A DNA stretch of 64,000 bases from Anaeramoeba ignava BMAN (taxonomy: Eukaryota > Protista > Anaeramoebae). The position numbers and the translations under genes are program-made. The notes under the pieces were generated by a model. It searched no databases and was not told where the DNA came from. It saw nothing but the letters and a program-made list of their open reading frames with translations. Shown in pieces: positions 25,365 through 36,615 of the stretch (the first letter of the stretch is position 1; every line of letters begins with the position of its first letter). The stretch covers positions 14,527 to 78,526 of the forward strand of contig JAPDFW010000017.1 in the NCBI GenBank assembly GCA_028826165.1, given 5' to 3'.

Positions 25365-26680
25365 ATTGAAAAATAAATTTATATATTTTATATATAGAGA
25401 GAAATTGATTTTTTATTTTTTGAATATAAATTATAAATAAATTGGAAATTAAATTAATTAATTATTTTGTTATAAATTTGTTTATAATATATATAAATAA
25501 ATTGATTTTTTTTATTTTTAATTTAAATTATAAATAAATTAAAAATTAAATTTATATATTTTATATATAGAGAGAAATTGATTTTTTATTTTTTGAATAT
25601 AAATTATAAATAAATTGAAAATTAAATTAATTAATTATTTTGTTATAAATTTGTTTATAATATATATAAATAAATTGATTTTTTTTATTTTTAATTTTAA
25701 TTATAAATAAATTGAAAATTAAATTTATATATTTTATATATAGAGAGAAATTGATTTTTTTATTTTTTGAATATAAATTGTAAAGAAATTGGAAATTAAA
25801 TTAATAAATTATTTTGTTATAAATTTGTTTATAATATATATAAATAAATTGATTTTTTTTATTTTGAATTTAAATTATAAATAAATTGAAAAATAAATTT
25901 ATATATTTTATATATAGAGAGAAATTGATTTTTTATTTTTTGAATATAAATTATAAATAAATTGAAAATTAAATTAATTAATTATTTTGTTATAAATTTG
26001 TTTATAATATATATAAATAAATTGATTTTTTTTATTTTTAATTTTAATTATAAATAAATTGAAAAATAAATTTATATATTTTATATATAGAGAGAAATTG
26101 ATTTTTTATTTTTTGAATATAAATTATAAATAAATTGGAAATTAAATTAATTAATTATTTTGTTATAAATTTGTTTATAATATATATAAATAAATTGATT
26201 TTTTTTATTTTTAATTTAAATTATAAATAAATTAAAAATAAATTTATATATTTTATATATAGAGAGAAATTGATTTTTTATTTTTTGAATATAAATTATA
26301 AATAAATTGAAAATTAAATTAATTAATTATTTTATTATAAATTTGTTTATAATATATATAAATAAATTGATTTTTTTTATTTTTAATTTGAATTATAAAT
26401 AAATTGAAAATTAAATTTATATATTTTATATATAGAGAGAAATTGATTTTTTTATTTTTTGAATATAAATTATAAATAAATTGGAAATTAAATTTATAAA
26501 TTATTTTATTATAAATTTGTTTATAATATATATAAATAAATTGATTTTTTTATTTTTTAATTTAAATTATAAATAAATTGAAAATTAAATTTATATATTT
26601 TATATATAGAGAGAAATTGATTTTTTATTTTTTGAATATAAATTATAAATAAATTGGAAATTAAATTAATTAATTATATA
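25365..26680 (+). repeat. ~172-bp satellite, 7-8 copies
   Basis: Same unit as 940-3400. Confidence 0.93.
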
Positions 26681-27619
26681 TATAAATATGAAATGAAAAT
26701 GAAAATGAAAATGAAATTAAATTATATTTAAAATAAATTAAATTGTAAATGAAATTAAAATGAAATTTTGAATAAAATAATAAATGAAAATAAATAAATA
26801 ATTATTCTAAAAAATATAAAAAGAATTATAAAATAAAAATCAAATCCAAAAAAAGAATATTTAATAAAATATATTTTTATTAATATATTTATTATTCTGA
26901 TATTATATTTATTATATTATTTATTAATATAATATTGATAATAAATTTGATTCCATTATTATATTAATTTTGAATATATATTTTGATTTAATATTTATTA
27001 TTGAAAAATGTTTAAAATATATAAATTAGAATAAAATTTGATTTTTTTTTATTTTTTTTTTGATTTATATTTATATAAATTGAAATTAAGTTGATAAAAA
27101 AAATATTATTTATTTTGATTTATACTTTTAAAAATTTATTTTTTATTTTTTAAACATTTTACACTACATATATTTTGAATTAATATTTATTATTATATAT
27201 TTATTAATTATATATTCATTATTTATATTTATATAATATAAATAATATTCATTTTTATTTATTATTTTTCATTTCAAATTTATTTATTTTAATAATTAAT
27301 AATAATAAATTTTGATTTATAATTAATTAATTAATTAATTCTAATATTTTTTATTTTATTAATAATTCAATTATTATTTCCAAAATTTATTTTTATTTTA
27401 TTAATTTTATTTTTTTTGATTTTTTTCAAAATTCATTTACACACAAAATAAAATGAAAATAAAATAAATTACAATTAAAAATATTTTATTTATTTAATTT
27501 ATAAAATATAAAATATGAATTAAATTGAATTAAAATTAAATTAAATTGAAAATTAAAATGAAAATAGAAATTAAATTGTAAAATGAAAATGAAATTGAAA
27601 ATTAAATTAAATTAAATTG

Positions 27620-27770
27620 TAAATGTAATTGAAAATGTAATTGAAAATGTAATTGAAAATGTAATTGAAAATGTAATTGAAAATGTAATTGAAAATGTAA
27701 TTGAAAATGTAATTGAAAATGTAATTGAAAATGTAATTGAAAATGAAATTGAAAATGTAATTGAAAATGA
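27620..27770 (+). repeat. (AATTGAAAATGT)n
   Basis: Direct inspection. Confidence 0.95.
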
Positions 27771-28829
27771 AAATATAAATTGAAATTGAAAATGAAATTG
27801 AAATTAAATTAAATTCAAATTAAATTAAATTAAATTCAAATTAAATTCAAATCAAATTCAAATTAAATTCAAATTAAATTCAAATTCAAATTCAAATCAA
27901 ATTCAAATTAAATTCAAATTTAAATTCAAATTAAATTCAAATTCAAATTCAAATCAATTCAAATTCAAATTAAATTCAAATTAAATTCAAATCTAAATCA
28001 AATTGAAAATGAAAATGAAAATGAAATTAAATTATATTTAAAATAAATTAAATTGTAAATGAAATTAAAATTAAATTTTGAATAAAATAATAAATGAAAA
28101 TAAATAAATAATTATTCTAAAAAATATAAAAAGAATTACAAAATAAAAATCAAATCCAAAAAAAAAGAATATTTAATAAAATACATTTTTATTAATATAT
28201 TTATTATTCTGATATTATATTTATTATATTATTTATTAATATAATATTGATAATAAATTTGATTCCATTATTATATTGATTTTGAATATATATTTTGATT
28301 TAATATTTATTATTGGAAAATGTTTAAAATATATAAATTAGAATAAAATTTGATTTTTTTTTATTTTTTTTTTGATTTATATTTATATAAATTGAAATTA
28401 AGTTGATAAAAAAAATATTATTTATTTTGATTTATACTTTTAAAAATTTATTTTTTATTTTTTAAACATTTTACATTATATATATTTTGAATTGATATTT
28501 ATTATTATATATTTATTAATTATATATTCATTCATTATATTTATATAATATAATTAATATTAATTTTTTATTTATTATTTTTCATTTCAAATTTATTTAT
28601 TTTAATAATTAATAATAATATATTTTGATTTATAATTAATTAATTAATTAATTCTAATATTTTTTATTTTATTAATAATTCAATTATTATTTTCAAAATT
28701 TATTTTTTATTTATTAAATTAATTTTATTTTTTTTGATTTTTTTCAAAATTCATTTATACACAAAATAAAATGAAAATAAAATAAATTACAATTAAAAAT
28801 ATTTATTAAATTGTTTATAAAATATAAAT

Positions 28830-28963
28830 TGTAATTGAAAATGTAATTGAAAATGTAATTGAAAATGTAATTGAAAATGTAATTGAAAATGTAATTGAAA
28901 ATGTAATTGAAAATGTAATTGAAAATGTAATTGAAAATGTAATTGAAAATGTAATTGAAAATG
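28830..28963 (+). repeat. (AATTGAAAATGT)n abutting the LINE 5' end
   Basis: Direct inspection. Confidence 0.95.
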
Positions 28964-28969
28964 AAAAAA

Positions 28970-31354
28970 ATGGTCAAATGGGGAAACCTGTATGTTTATG
29001 CAGACTCTCCATTAATTTCAAAACATGTCTTCTTTGACATATTAAAACCATATAAAATAGTGAGAGGATACTTGAGAAGGAATAAGGATAGTACCGATGG
29101 ACACTTTAAAGTAATTTACGATAAGAAAGCAAGAAAAGAACAAAGAAGAACATGGAGAGAAGGTTATTCAATTACAGTATCTAAAGCAAGAGAGAGTTAC
29201 ACTTCAAAAGAAAATCAACTTGAGAAATTAAAAGAAAAAATAACGGATCGAAATCAACGGTCACATAAAGAAAATATAGAAAAAATAATTTATCAAACAT
29301 TGAATTCAAATAACTTTATTAAGAATCCATTAATAATTAAGAAGAAAGAAATTGAAAATATTCAATCTAATCAAGAGAAACATGAAAATATTTTAAATGA
29401 GATCAAAGAAACAATACAAAAAGCAATTCCTCAAATGAAATCAAAGAGAATAATTCAAAAAGATTTACAAGAATTTATAAATAAAAGCGTTAATTATTCT
29501 TATTTAAAAACTTATAAACAACATAATCCATATAGTTATCAGAGAACTCACAATTTACAACAAGAAATTTCAGATTCTCTGATTAAACACAATTGGGAAA
29601 TTGATACAAATTTAAGAAAAACAATTAATTATCGAAATTCAAAATATTATATGGAAACAAATTTTAACAAGATACTACAAATTTTAGATTCATATAAATT
29701 AATTATCAGAAAATCATTTCTTAATATATTTGAAATTCTTAACATTATTAACAATTTTCACCCACTGAGAATCATTCAAAAAGGGAATCATCAAGCTGAG
29801 ATATGGGATCGAAAAAATAACATATTAAATCTTTTTCGAGATTGTAAAAATGAAAGAAATAGAATACCAAGAAATTTCAAAATTCAATTAAAAACAACAG
29901 AAGGAAACAAAATTGAAACAATAAAAGGAACTAAATTAACAAAAATAAATCAATTCTCATTCAGAATAGCATCTATAAATATCAATGGATTAAATAAAAT
30001 AGGAAAGATCCAAAAATTAGAAAAAATATTCCTCCAACAAAGAATAACAATTGCTATTATACAAGAAACTCACTTGAGAAAAAGATTATATTTTGAAAAC
30101 TATCATTCATTTGAGAAACAAGGATATGGAACAACAGCACAAGGAGGAATAGCAATAATCATCAAAAAATGTATATCAAAATATGCTCAAGAAATAAAAC
30201 ATCCAGATAAGGATATTATACAAATTAAAATAGGAGAATTAAATATTATTGGAGTCTATATGAGACATGGAACACAATCTCAAATGATGAGTCAATTAAA
30301 CGATATCATTGAAAAATTAGGAGAGGAAAGATATATAATAGCAGGAGATTTTAATCAAACAGACAAAGAAATGGAAAAACATTTCAGATTTAATACTCAA
30401 ATAATACATAATACTGAGAATAGTGCAATAAGAAATATTGATCATTTCTGCGTCAAAAATCAAAATAGAGAAATTTTATCACAAACAGTAAATATTAATC
30501 AAGAAGAAAATCTCTCAGATCATAAAATGATAGTTACAATTGAGAAAATCAATATATTGAGTGAAGAGAGAAAAGAATATTACCAACCGACAAAACAACA
30601 ATTCCAAGATATGATAATAGAAAAATTAAGAAAACAAAATTTATCTGAGAAATCAATGCTCAACATTTCAATAATTAAAAATGTAAAAGAAAAATTCAAA
30701 AAAAGAAGTATCATCCATATAAATACAAAAAATAAGATAGGAATTAACTTAACAGAATTTAACTCAAAAAATAAATATAATTGGAAACAAGCTCTAAGGA
30801 AAAGGTGGAGAGAAACCATGAGAGGGATAGAAATAGATAACCAAAGCAAAACAAATTATTGGAAAGAAGTAAAAAGGATAACAAAAGCTAGAAAAGATAC
30901 TATATTTAATAATAATGAAAAAGAAAAAGAATTTAAACAACTTATAGATAAAATTAAAATTCCAGTTCAAGAATCAATACTCCAAGAAATAGAAAATAAA
31001 ATAATAAATACAGAACCTGATATAAGATCAATCAAACAAATATTTCCCCATGATAAATTAATAAAAACAATTCAAAACTCAAGAAATAGTTCTACTTGTG
31101 ATTATGATAAAATCGAAATGTATCAAAATCCTTACATTGAAAGAGAACATCCAAAATATTATGAATTTATCAAATCAGTAAACAGAATGATGAGAGAATG
31201 GATAAGAGATCCCAACCAAGAAGTAATAAAATATATGCTTTCAAGAAGAATGGTGTTCATCTTTAAACAAGGGGATCCTAACCAAATCTCTAATTATCGC
31301 CCAATATCTATAAATAATGCTTTTAGTAAGAATATTTTTGAAAAGAATACTTGA
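28970..31354 (+). CDS. LINE polyprotein, 5' part: RRM-like/coiled-coil N-terminus, apurinic-like endonuclease (APE) and start of RT (frameshifted at ~31321)
   Basis: APE motifs are in the expected order: FRIASININGL, IIQETH, GGIAIII, IIGVY, IIAGDFN, IDHF, SDHKMI. RT entry motif VFIFKQGDP..ISNYRPISI is present. The ORF-track start at 28955 is a TTG in satellite; the ATGs are at 28961 and 28970. Confidence 0.92.
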   Translation: MVKWGNLYVYADSPLISKHVFFDILKPYKIVRGYLRRNKDSTDGHFKVIYDKKARKEQRRTWREGYSITVSKARESYTSKENQLEKLKEKITDRNQRSHKENIEKIIYQTLNSNNFIKNPLIIKKKEIENIQSNQEKHENILNEIKETIQKAIPQMKSKRIIQKDLQEFINKSVNYSYLKTYKQHNPYSYQRTHNLQQEISDSLIKHNWEIDTNLRKTINYRNSKYYMETNFNKILQILDSYKLIIRKSFLNIFEILNIINNFHPLRIIQKGNHQAEIWDRKNNILNLFRDCKNERNRIPRNFKIQLKTTEGNKIETIKGTKLTKINQFSFRIASININGLNKIGKIQKLEKIFLQQRITIAIIQETHLRKRLYFENYHSFEKQGYGTTAQGGIAIIIKKCISKYAQEIKHPDKDIIQIKIGELNIIGVYMRHGTQSQMMSQLNDIIEKLGEERYIIAGDFNQTDKEMEKHFRFNTQIIHNTENSAIRNIDHFCVKNQNREILSQTVNINQEENLSDHKMIVTIEKINILSEERKEYYQPTKQQFQDMIIEKLRKQNLSEKSMLNISIIKNVKEKFKKRSIIHINTKNKIGINLTEFNSKNKYNWKQALRKRWRETMRGIEIDNQSKTNYWKEVKRITKARKDTIFNNNEKEKEFKQLIDKIKIPVQESILQEIENKIINTEPDIRSIKQIFPHDKLIKTIQNSRNSSTCDYDKIEMYQNPYIEREHPKYYEFIKSVNRMMREWIRDPNQEVIKYMLSRRMVFIFKQGDPNQISNYRPISINNAFSKNIFEKNT

Positions 31355-33122
31355 AGAAATTGAACCAATATGGGAATACATCTCGTATCAACAAATGGGT
31401 TTTAGAAAAATGATGGATACAAGAATAGCAGTCTTAGAGTTACAAAAGAAATTGAAAGAAATAAAAGAACCATATATAATAAGTATAGACATTCAAAAAT
31501 GTTTTGATACTATTGATCATGGATTAATTAGAAAAGTTATTAATAAATTCATCAGCAATAATAATATTAAAAAACTATTAAATGAATATTATAAGGGAAA
31601 TGGATGTGGCATCTATCAAGGAGATCCATTATCACCTTTAATATTTGGAATGGTCAGCCACTTTATAATTGAGGAAATAAAACTAAGGGTTGATCATATA
31701 CAAATGTATGCTGATGATATGATACTATTAGTAAAAAATTCTTATAATAAAGTCATAACTAAAGTTCAATCAATATTACAAATTCTTGAAAATTATGGAT
31801 TAAGACCTAATAAAAATAAAACTATAATAACAAAACAAAAAAGAAATGTTAAATATCTTGGGATTATACTTGATGCAAAGAAACATATAGAAAATAATAT
31901 AGAAAAATGTGAAAAAACTTTTCAAAAATTGAGATTTATAATACAATCCAACCAAATTTCTAATCACTTGAAAATTATAATTTATAAAATGACAATTCTT
32001 CCACAACTATATTATGGCACAGAGGCATTAATACTCAGAAAGAAACAATATCAAAAAATGGATTTAATGGTGAACAAACACATGAAATTAATTTTAAAAA
32101 TAAACTTTCATTCACCTACGCTTACCTTTCGAAATGAAACGAATACCCCCAGTTCCAGAACACAAATAAATGTGCGTAGGTGGAAAATAAGAGAAAAATT
32201 AGATAAAATTGAAAAATCAGAACTTAAAGAATTATGTCCAATCTTCACAAATGAAAGAGAGAGAAATGATAAAATATGGGAGAATCAAAACTTGAAAATC
32301 ATCCAAAAATATTTATGTTTAGCAAGGCACCAAGAAATGAGTATCAATTCAGGATGGAAAACAATAGCCTATTCAGAAATTACTAAATTAGAACCAAAAA
32401 AACCAAAAATAAAAACATATTTAAAATATCAAAAAAGTACTATATTAATGAAATTAAGAATATTCACAAATGGACTTAAATCATATAGCCACCACATGAG
32501 AAATAGTGATGTGAAATGTCCATGTTGTGGAGAAGAAGAAGAAACATTGGATCATTTTCTTTGGAAATGTCCAATGTATCAAGAGATAAGAAATAAATGG
32601 TTGAAATCAATACATCCAATAAAACAAACAATTAAATTAATGAAAGAAATTAGCAGAAAGGGAATATATGACAAAACTATAGAATATATTCAAAAAGCTT
32701 TTGAGATTAGATCAGAAATGATAATGGATGAGAATATAATTGAGATAGATGAAGAGAATATTGAAAATGAAGAAAGAAATCAAAATGAAAATCAACAACA
32801 AAGTGACATGAATAATGAGAATAATGATGAAAATAATAATGAGAATAATAATGAAATTAATAATGAAATTAATAATGAAAACAATAATGAAAATGACAAT
32901 GAGAATAAAAACAAACCCAAAAAGGTAAGTAACAAATCAAAAAAGAAGAAATCAAACCAAAAAGAAATGAAGATCAAAAAAAAGAAAAAGAAAGAAAAAG
33001 AAAGAAAAAGAAAGAAAAAGAAAGAAAGAGAAAAAGAAAGAGAAAAAGAAAGAGAAAAAGAAAGAGAAAAGAAAAGAACAAAAAAAGAGAAACCAATGAA
33101 AAAGAGAAAAAAACAAAGATAA
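31317..33122 (+). CDS. LINE polyprotein, 3' part: reverse transcriptase, thumb, CCHC zinc finger and low-complexity N/E/K tail
   Basis: Motifs QQMGFRK, SIDIQKCFDTIDH, GIYQGDPLSP, QMYADD, GLRPNKNKT, KYLGI, YKMTILPQLYYG and CPCCGEEEETLDHFLWKC (CX2CX8HX4C). Deleting one T from the run at 31321-31324 fuses this frame to the upstream ORF (YRPISINNALVRIFLKRIL). Confidence 0.93.
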   Translation: MLLVRIFLKRILEEIEPIWEYISYQQMGFRKMMDTRIAVLELQKKLKEIKEPYIISIDIQKCFDTIDHGLIRKVINKFISNNNIKKLLNEYYKGNGCGIYQGDPLSPLIFGMVSHFIIEEIKLRVDHIQMYADDMILLVKNSYNKVITKVQSILQILENYGLRPNKNKTIITKQKRNVKYLGIILDAKKHIENNIEKCEKTFQKLRFIIQSNQISNHLKIIIYKMTILPQLYYGTEALILRKKQYQKMDLMVNKHMKLILKINFHSPTLTFRNETNTPSSRTQINVRRWKIREKLDKIEKSELKELCPIFTNERERNDKIWENQNLKIIQKYLCLARHQEMSINSGWKTIAYSEITKLEPKKPKIKTYLKYQKSTILMKLRIFTNGLKSYSHHMRNSDVKCPCCGEEEETLDHFLWKCPMYQEIRNKWLKSIHPIKQTIKLMKEISRKGIYDKTIEYIQKAFEIRSEMIMDENIIEIDEENIENEERNQNENQQQSDMNNENNDENNNENNNEINNEINNENNNENDNENKNKPKKVSNKSKKKKSNQKEMKIKKKKKKEKERKRKKKKEREKEREKEREKEREKKRTKKEKPMKKRKKQR

Positions 33123-33307
33123 TAAAGAGTAATAACAGAAGAAGAAATCTAAGAAAAAATCCAGAGAAAACTTGGAAATATCAATTATCGAAAATATCTG
33201 AATCAGATTCAGAATCAGAAACAAAGTCATGGGAAAAAGAATCGGAATATGATACAGATTATGCTCCAGATTCTTCTTCCTTGGAAAGCTCAATAGAGAG
33301 CGACTAA
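33119..33307 (+). pseudogene. Probable true C-terminus of the LINE ORF after a second (-1) frameshift in an A-run
   Basis: The alternative frame reads IIKSNNRRRNLRKNPEKTWKYQLSKISESDSESETKSWEKESEYDTDYAPDSSSLESSIESD* (TAA 33305-33307). It is open for more than 60 codons and directly follows the A8 run at 33106-33113. Confidence 0.7.
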
Positions 33308-33420
33308 ATATAGTCAAAAAAATGAGATGTTCCACTTACTCTTCTTTTTTTAAAGTTTTTAAATTTTTTATCTTCATTTCTTATTTTTCATTTCAAAAAT
33401 TATTTACAAAAGAAGCATGC

Positions 33421-33466
33421 AGGAATCTCACTTGAGATTTCCTTAATAAAATCAAAATCAAAATCA
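33421..33466 (+). other. LINE 3'-terminal stem-loop and tandem-repeat tail
   Basis: AGGAATCTCA-CT-TGAGATTTCCT hairpin followed by TAATAAAATCAAAATCAAAATCA. Confidence 0.75.
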
Positions 33467-34189
33467 GAAATAAATAATTATTCTAAAAAATATAAAAAGA
33501 ATTATAAAATAAAAATCAAATCCAAAAAAAAAGAATATTTAATAAAATATATTTTTATTAATATATTTATTATTCTGATATTATATTTATTATATTATTT
33601 ATTAATATAATATTGATAATAAATTTTATTTCATTATTATATTAATTTTGAATATATATTTTGATTTAATATTTATTATTGAAAAATGTTTAAAATATAT
33701 AAATTAGAATAAAATTTGATTTTTTTTATTTTTTTTTTGATTTATACTTATATAAATTGAAATAAAGTTGATAAAAATATTATTTATTTTGATTTATACT
33801 TTTAAAAATTTATTTTTATTTTTAAACATTTTATATTATATATATTTTGAATTGATATTTTTATTATTATATATTTATTAATTATATATTCATTCATTAT
33901 ATTTATATAATATAATTAATATTCATTTTTATTTATTATTTTTCATTTCAAATTTATATATTTTTAATAATTAATAATAATAAATTTTGATTTATAATTA
34001 ATTAATTAATTATTTCTAATATTTTTATTTTATTAATAATTCAATTATTATTTTCAAAATTTATTTTTATTTATTTTATTAATTTATTTTTTTGATTTTT
34101 TCAAAATTTATTTACACACAAAATAAAATGAAAATAAAATAAATTACAATTAAAAATATTTATTAAATTGTTTATAAAATATAAATTGA

Positions 34190-34900
34190 AATTAAATTAA
34201 AATTGAAATTTTAAGTTTGAAAATTGAATATAATTGAATTAATATTAATATTAATTATTATTTAATATTTTATAGATTAATTATTTTTGAAATGAAAATT
34301 AAATTATTATTTATAAATATTATTTATATTTTTGATAAAAGAATAATAAAATAATAAAATAATAAATAATAAAGAAATAAAAATAATTAAAAACAATTAT
34401 CAATTTTATTTTTTCCTTTATTTTATATTTTCTCCATTTCAAAAAATACTTTTTATCTTTTTAAAAATACTTTTTATCTTTTTCTATTTTTTCTCCTTTT
34501 TAATTTATAATTTTATTTTCTCCATTTCAAAAATACTTTTTATCTTTTTATTAAATTAAATTAAATTAAATTAAATTAAATTAAATTAAATTAAATTAAA
34601 TTAAATTAAATTAAATTAAATTAAATTAAACAACTTTTAATTATATTTTTGATTAATTTAAATTCAAAATATCTTTATTTATTTATTTATTTATTTATTT
34701 TTGTTACAAAATTTTCAATAAATTAATTTTAAAATGAGATGAATAAATCAAATAAAATAAAATAAATAAATAAATCAAATAAAATGAATAGATATATAAA
34801 TAGTTATTAATAATAATAATGAATATAAATAGAATATTTATTTAATATTAATTAATTATTAATTTTATTTAATTTCATTTATTTTATAATTCAAATCTAA
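34190..34900 (+). repeat. Representative ~0.7-kb cassette with CTCCATTTCAAAAATACTTTT doublet and (TTAAA)n tract
   Basis: Further copies at ~40520-41200, 42060-42700, 45300-46050, 46900-47620 and 52080-52860. (TTAAA)n length varies, e.g. 34551-34630 and 52461-52595. Confidence 0.9.
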
Positions 34901-36285
34901 ATTAAATTGAAATGAAAATGAAAATGAAAATGAAATTAAATTATATTTAAAATAAATTAAATTGTAAATGAAATTAAAATGAAATTTTGAATAAAATAAT
35001 AAATGAAAATAAATAAATAATTATTCTAAAAAATATAAAAGAATTCATAAAATAAAAATCAAATCCAAAAAGAATATTTAATAAAATATATTTTTATTAA
35101 TATATTTATTATTCTGATATTATATTTATTATATTATTTATTAATATAATATTGATAATAAATTTGATTCCATTATTATATTAATTTTGAATATATATTT
35201 TGATTTAATATTTATTATTGAAAATGTTTAAAATATATAAATTGAATAAAATTTGATTTTTTATTTTTGATTTATATTTATATAAATTGAAATAAAGTTG
35301 ATAAAAAAAATATTATTTATTTTGATTTATACTTTTAAAAATTTATTTTTATTTTTTAAACATTTTACATTATATATATTTTGAATTGATATTTATTATT
35401 ATATATTTATTAATTATATATTCATTCATTATATTTATATAATATAATTAATATTCATTTTTATTTATTATTTTTCATTTCAAATTTATTTATTTTAATA
35501 ATTAATAATAATAAATTTTCATTTATAATTAATTAATTAATTCTAATATTTTTATTTAATTTAATTTAAAAATAATTCAAATAAATAAAATAAATTTATA
35601 ATAAATAGATGTAAATATTTTAATTTAAAATTTAAAATTCAAAATTCAAAATTGATTAAAAAATAAATTTAATTAAAAAAATCAAAATTGAAATTGAAAA
35701 ATGAAAATGAAATTTCAAAAAGAAATGAAATCAAAATAAATATTAATTATTCCAAAAGAATATTTAATAGAATATTTAATAAAATATATTTTTATTAATA
35801 GATTTATTATTCTTATATTATATTTATTATATTATTTATTAATATAATATTGATAATAAATTTGATTATATTATTATATTAATTTTGAATATAATTAAAT
35901 TGATATTTATTTTTGAAAAATGTTTGTAATATATATTTTGATTTTATTTTTCATTTTTCTTTTTGATTTATATTTATTAATTATATATTAAAAATAAAAA
36001 TAATTATAATTTGATTATTTATTCATTAATTTATAATATTTTAATGTTGGAAAATAAAATAAAATATTTTCATTTCTTTCTTAATGATTTATAAATTGAA
36101 AAAAGATATTTAATAAAATAAATTCATTGAAAAATAAATCTAAATTACATTCTGTTGTAAATAAATAAATAAATAAAAACAATTCTTTTTGTTTTTTTAA
36201 TAAATTTTTCCATAATTGATAATACTTTTTACAAAAATTGAAAATAAATATTCTCCATTTTCAACCCATTTTTCAAGATATAAAG

Positions 36286-36615
36286 AGGTAAGTATATCAC
36301 TTACAAAACACATATTAGTGAGGGGAACGGGGGAGAACTAGTGAAAGGGGGTAAGAGGAGCAACCGAGCGAAAGCGAGTATGTGTTTGACAACTGAGATT
36401 TGTCAAACAAACTGAATAGATTTATTTAATGAGAAAGGATTCCTTTCGAATAAACAAATAAATAAATCCATATGAAAGACTTGTTTGACAAATCTCAGTT
36501 TGTAATTCCAAAACAACATACAAGACATTTCGAATATCGAGGTTTGACAACCCTGAGGGTTGGTAACAACGGCTGTAAGTCGGTGTTAACGGGGAGGGAG
36601 GCGGGCACTATTCAC
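36286..36615. other. GC-rich structured island, copy 2
   Basis: Near-identical to copy 1; differences are mostly homopolymer indels. Confidence 0.9.

Larger units (their letters stand above)
28970..33466 (+). mobile_element. Non-LTR retrotransposon (LINE, APE-type) inserted in satellite
   Basis: Complex sequence begins abruptly at 28970. It encodes APE, RT and CCHC domains and ends in a stem-loop (33421-33443), AATAAA and a short (AAAATC)n tail, after which hub-module sequence resumes. No target-site duplication is visible. Confidence 0.95.

Noticed and set aside
30580-33335. Minus-strand ORFs within the LINE
   Set aside because: Antisense shadows of an A-rich coding strand.
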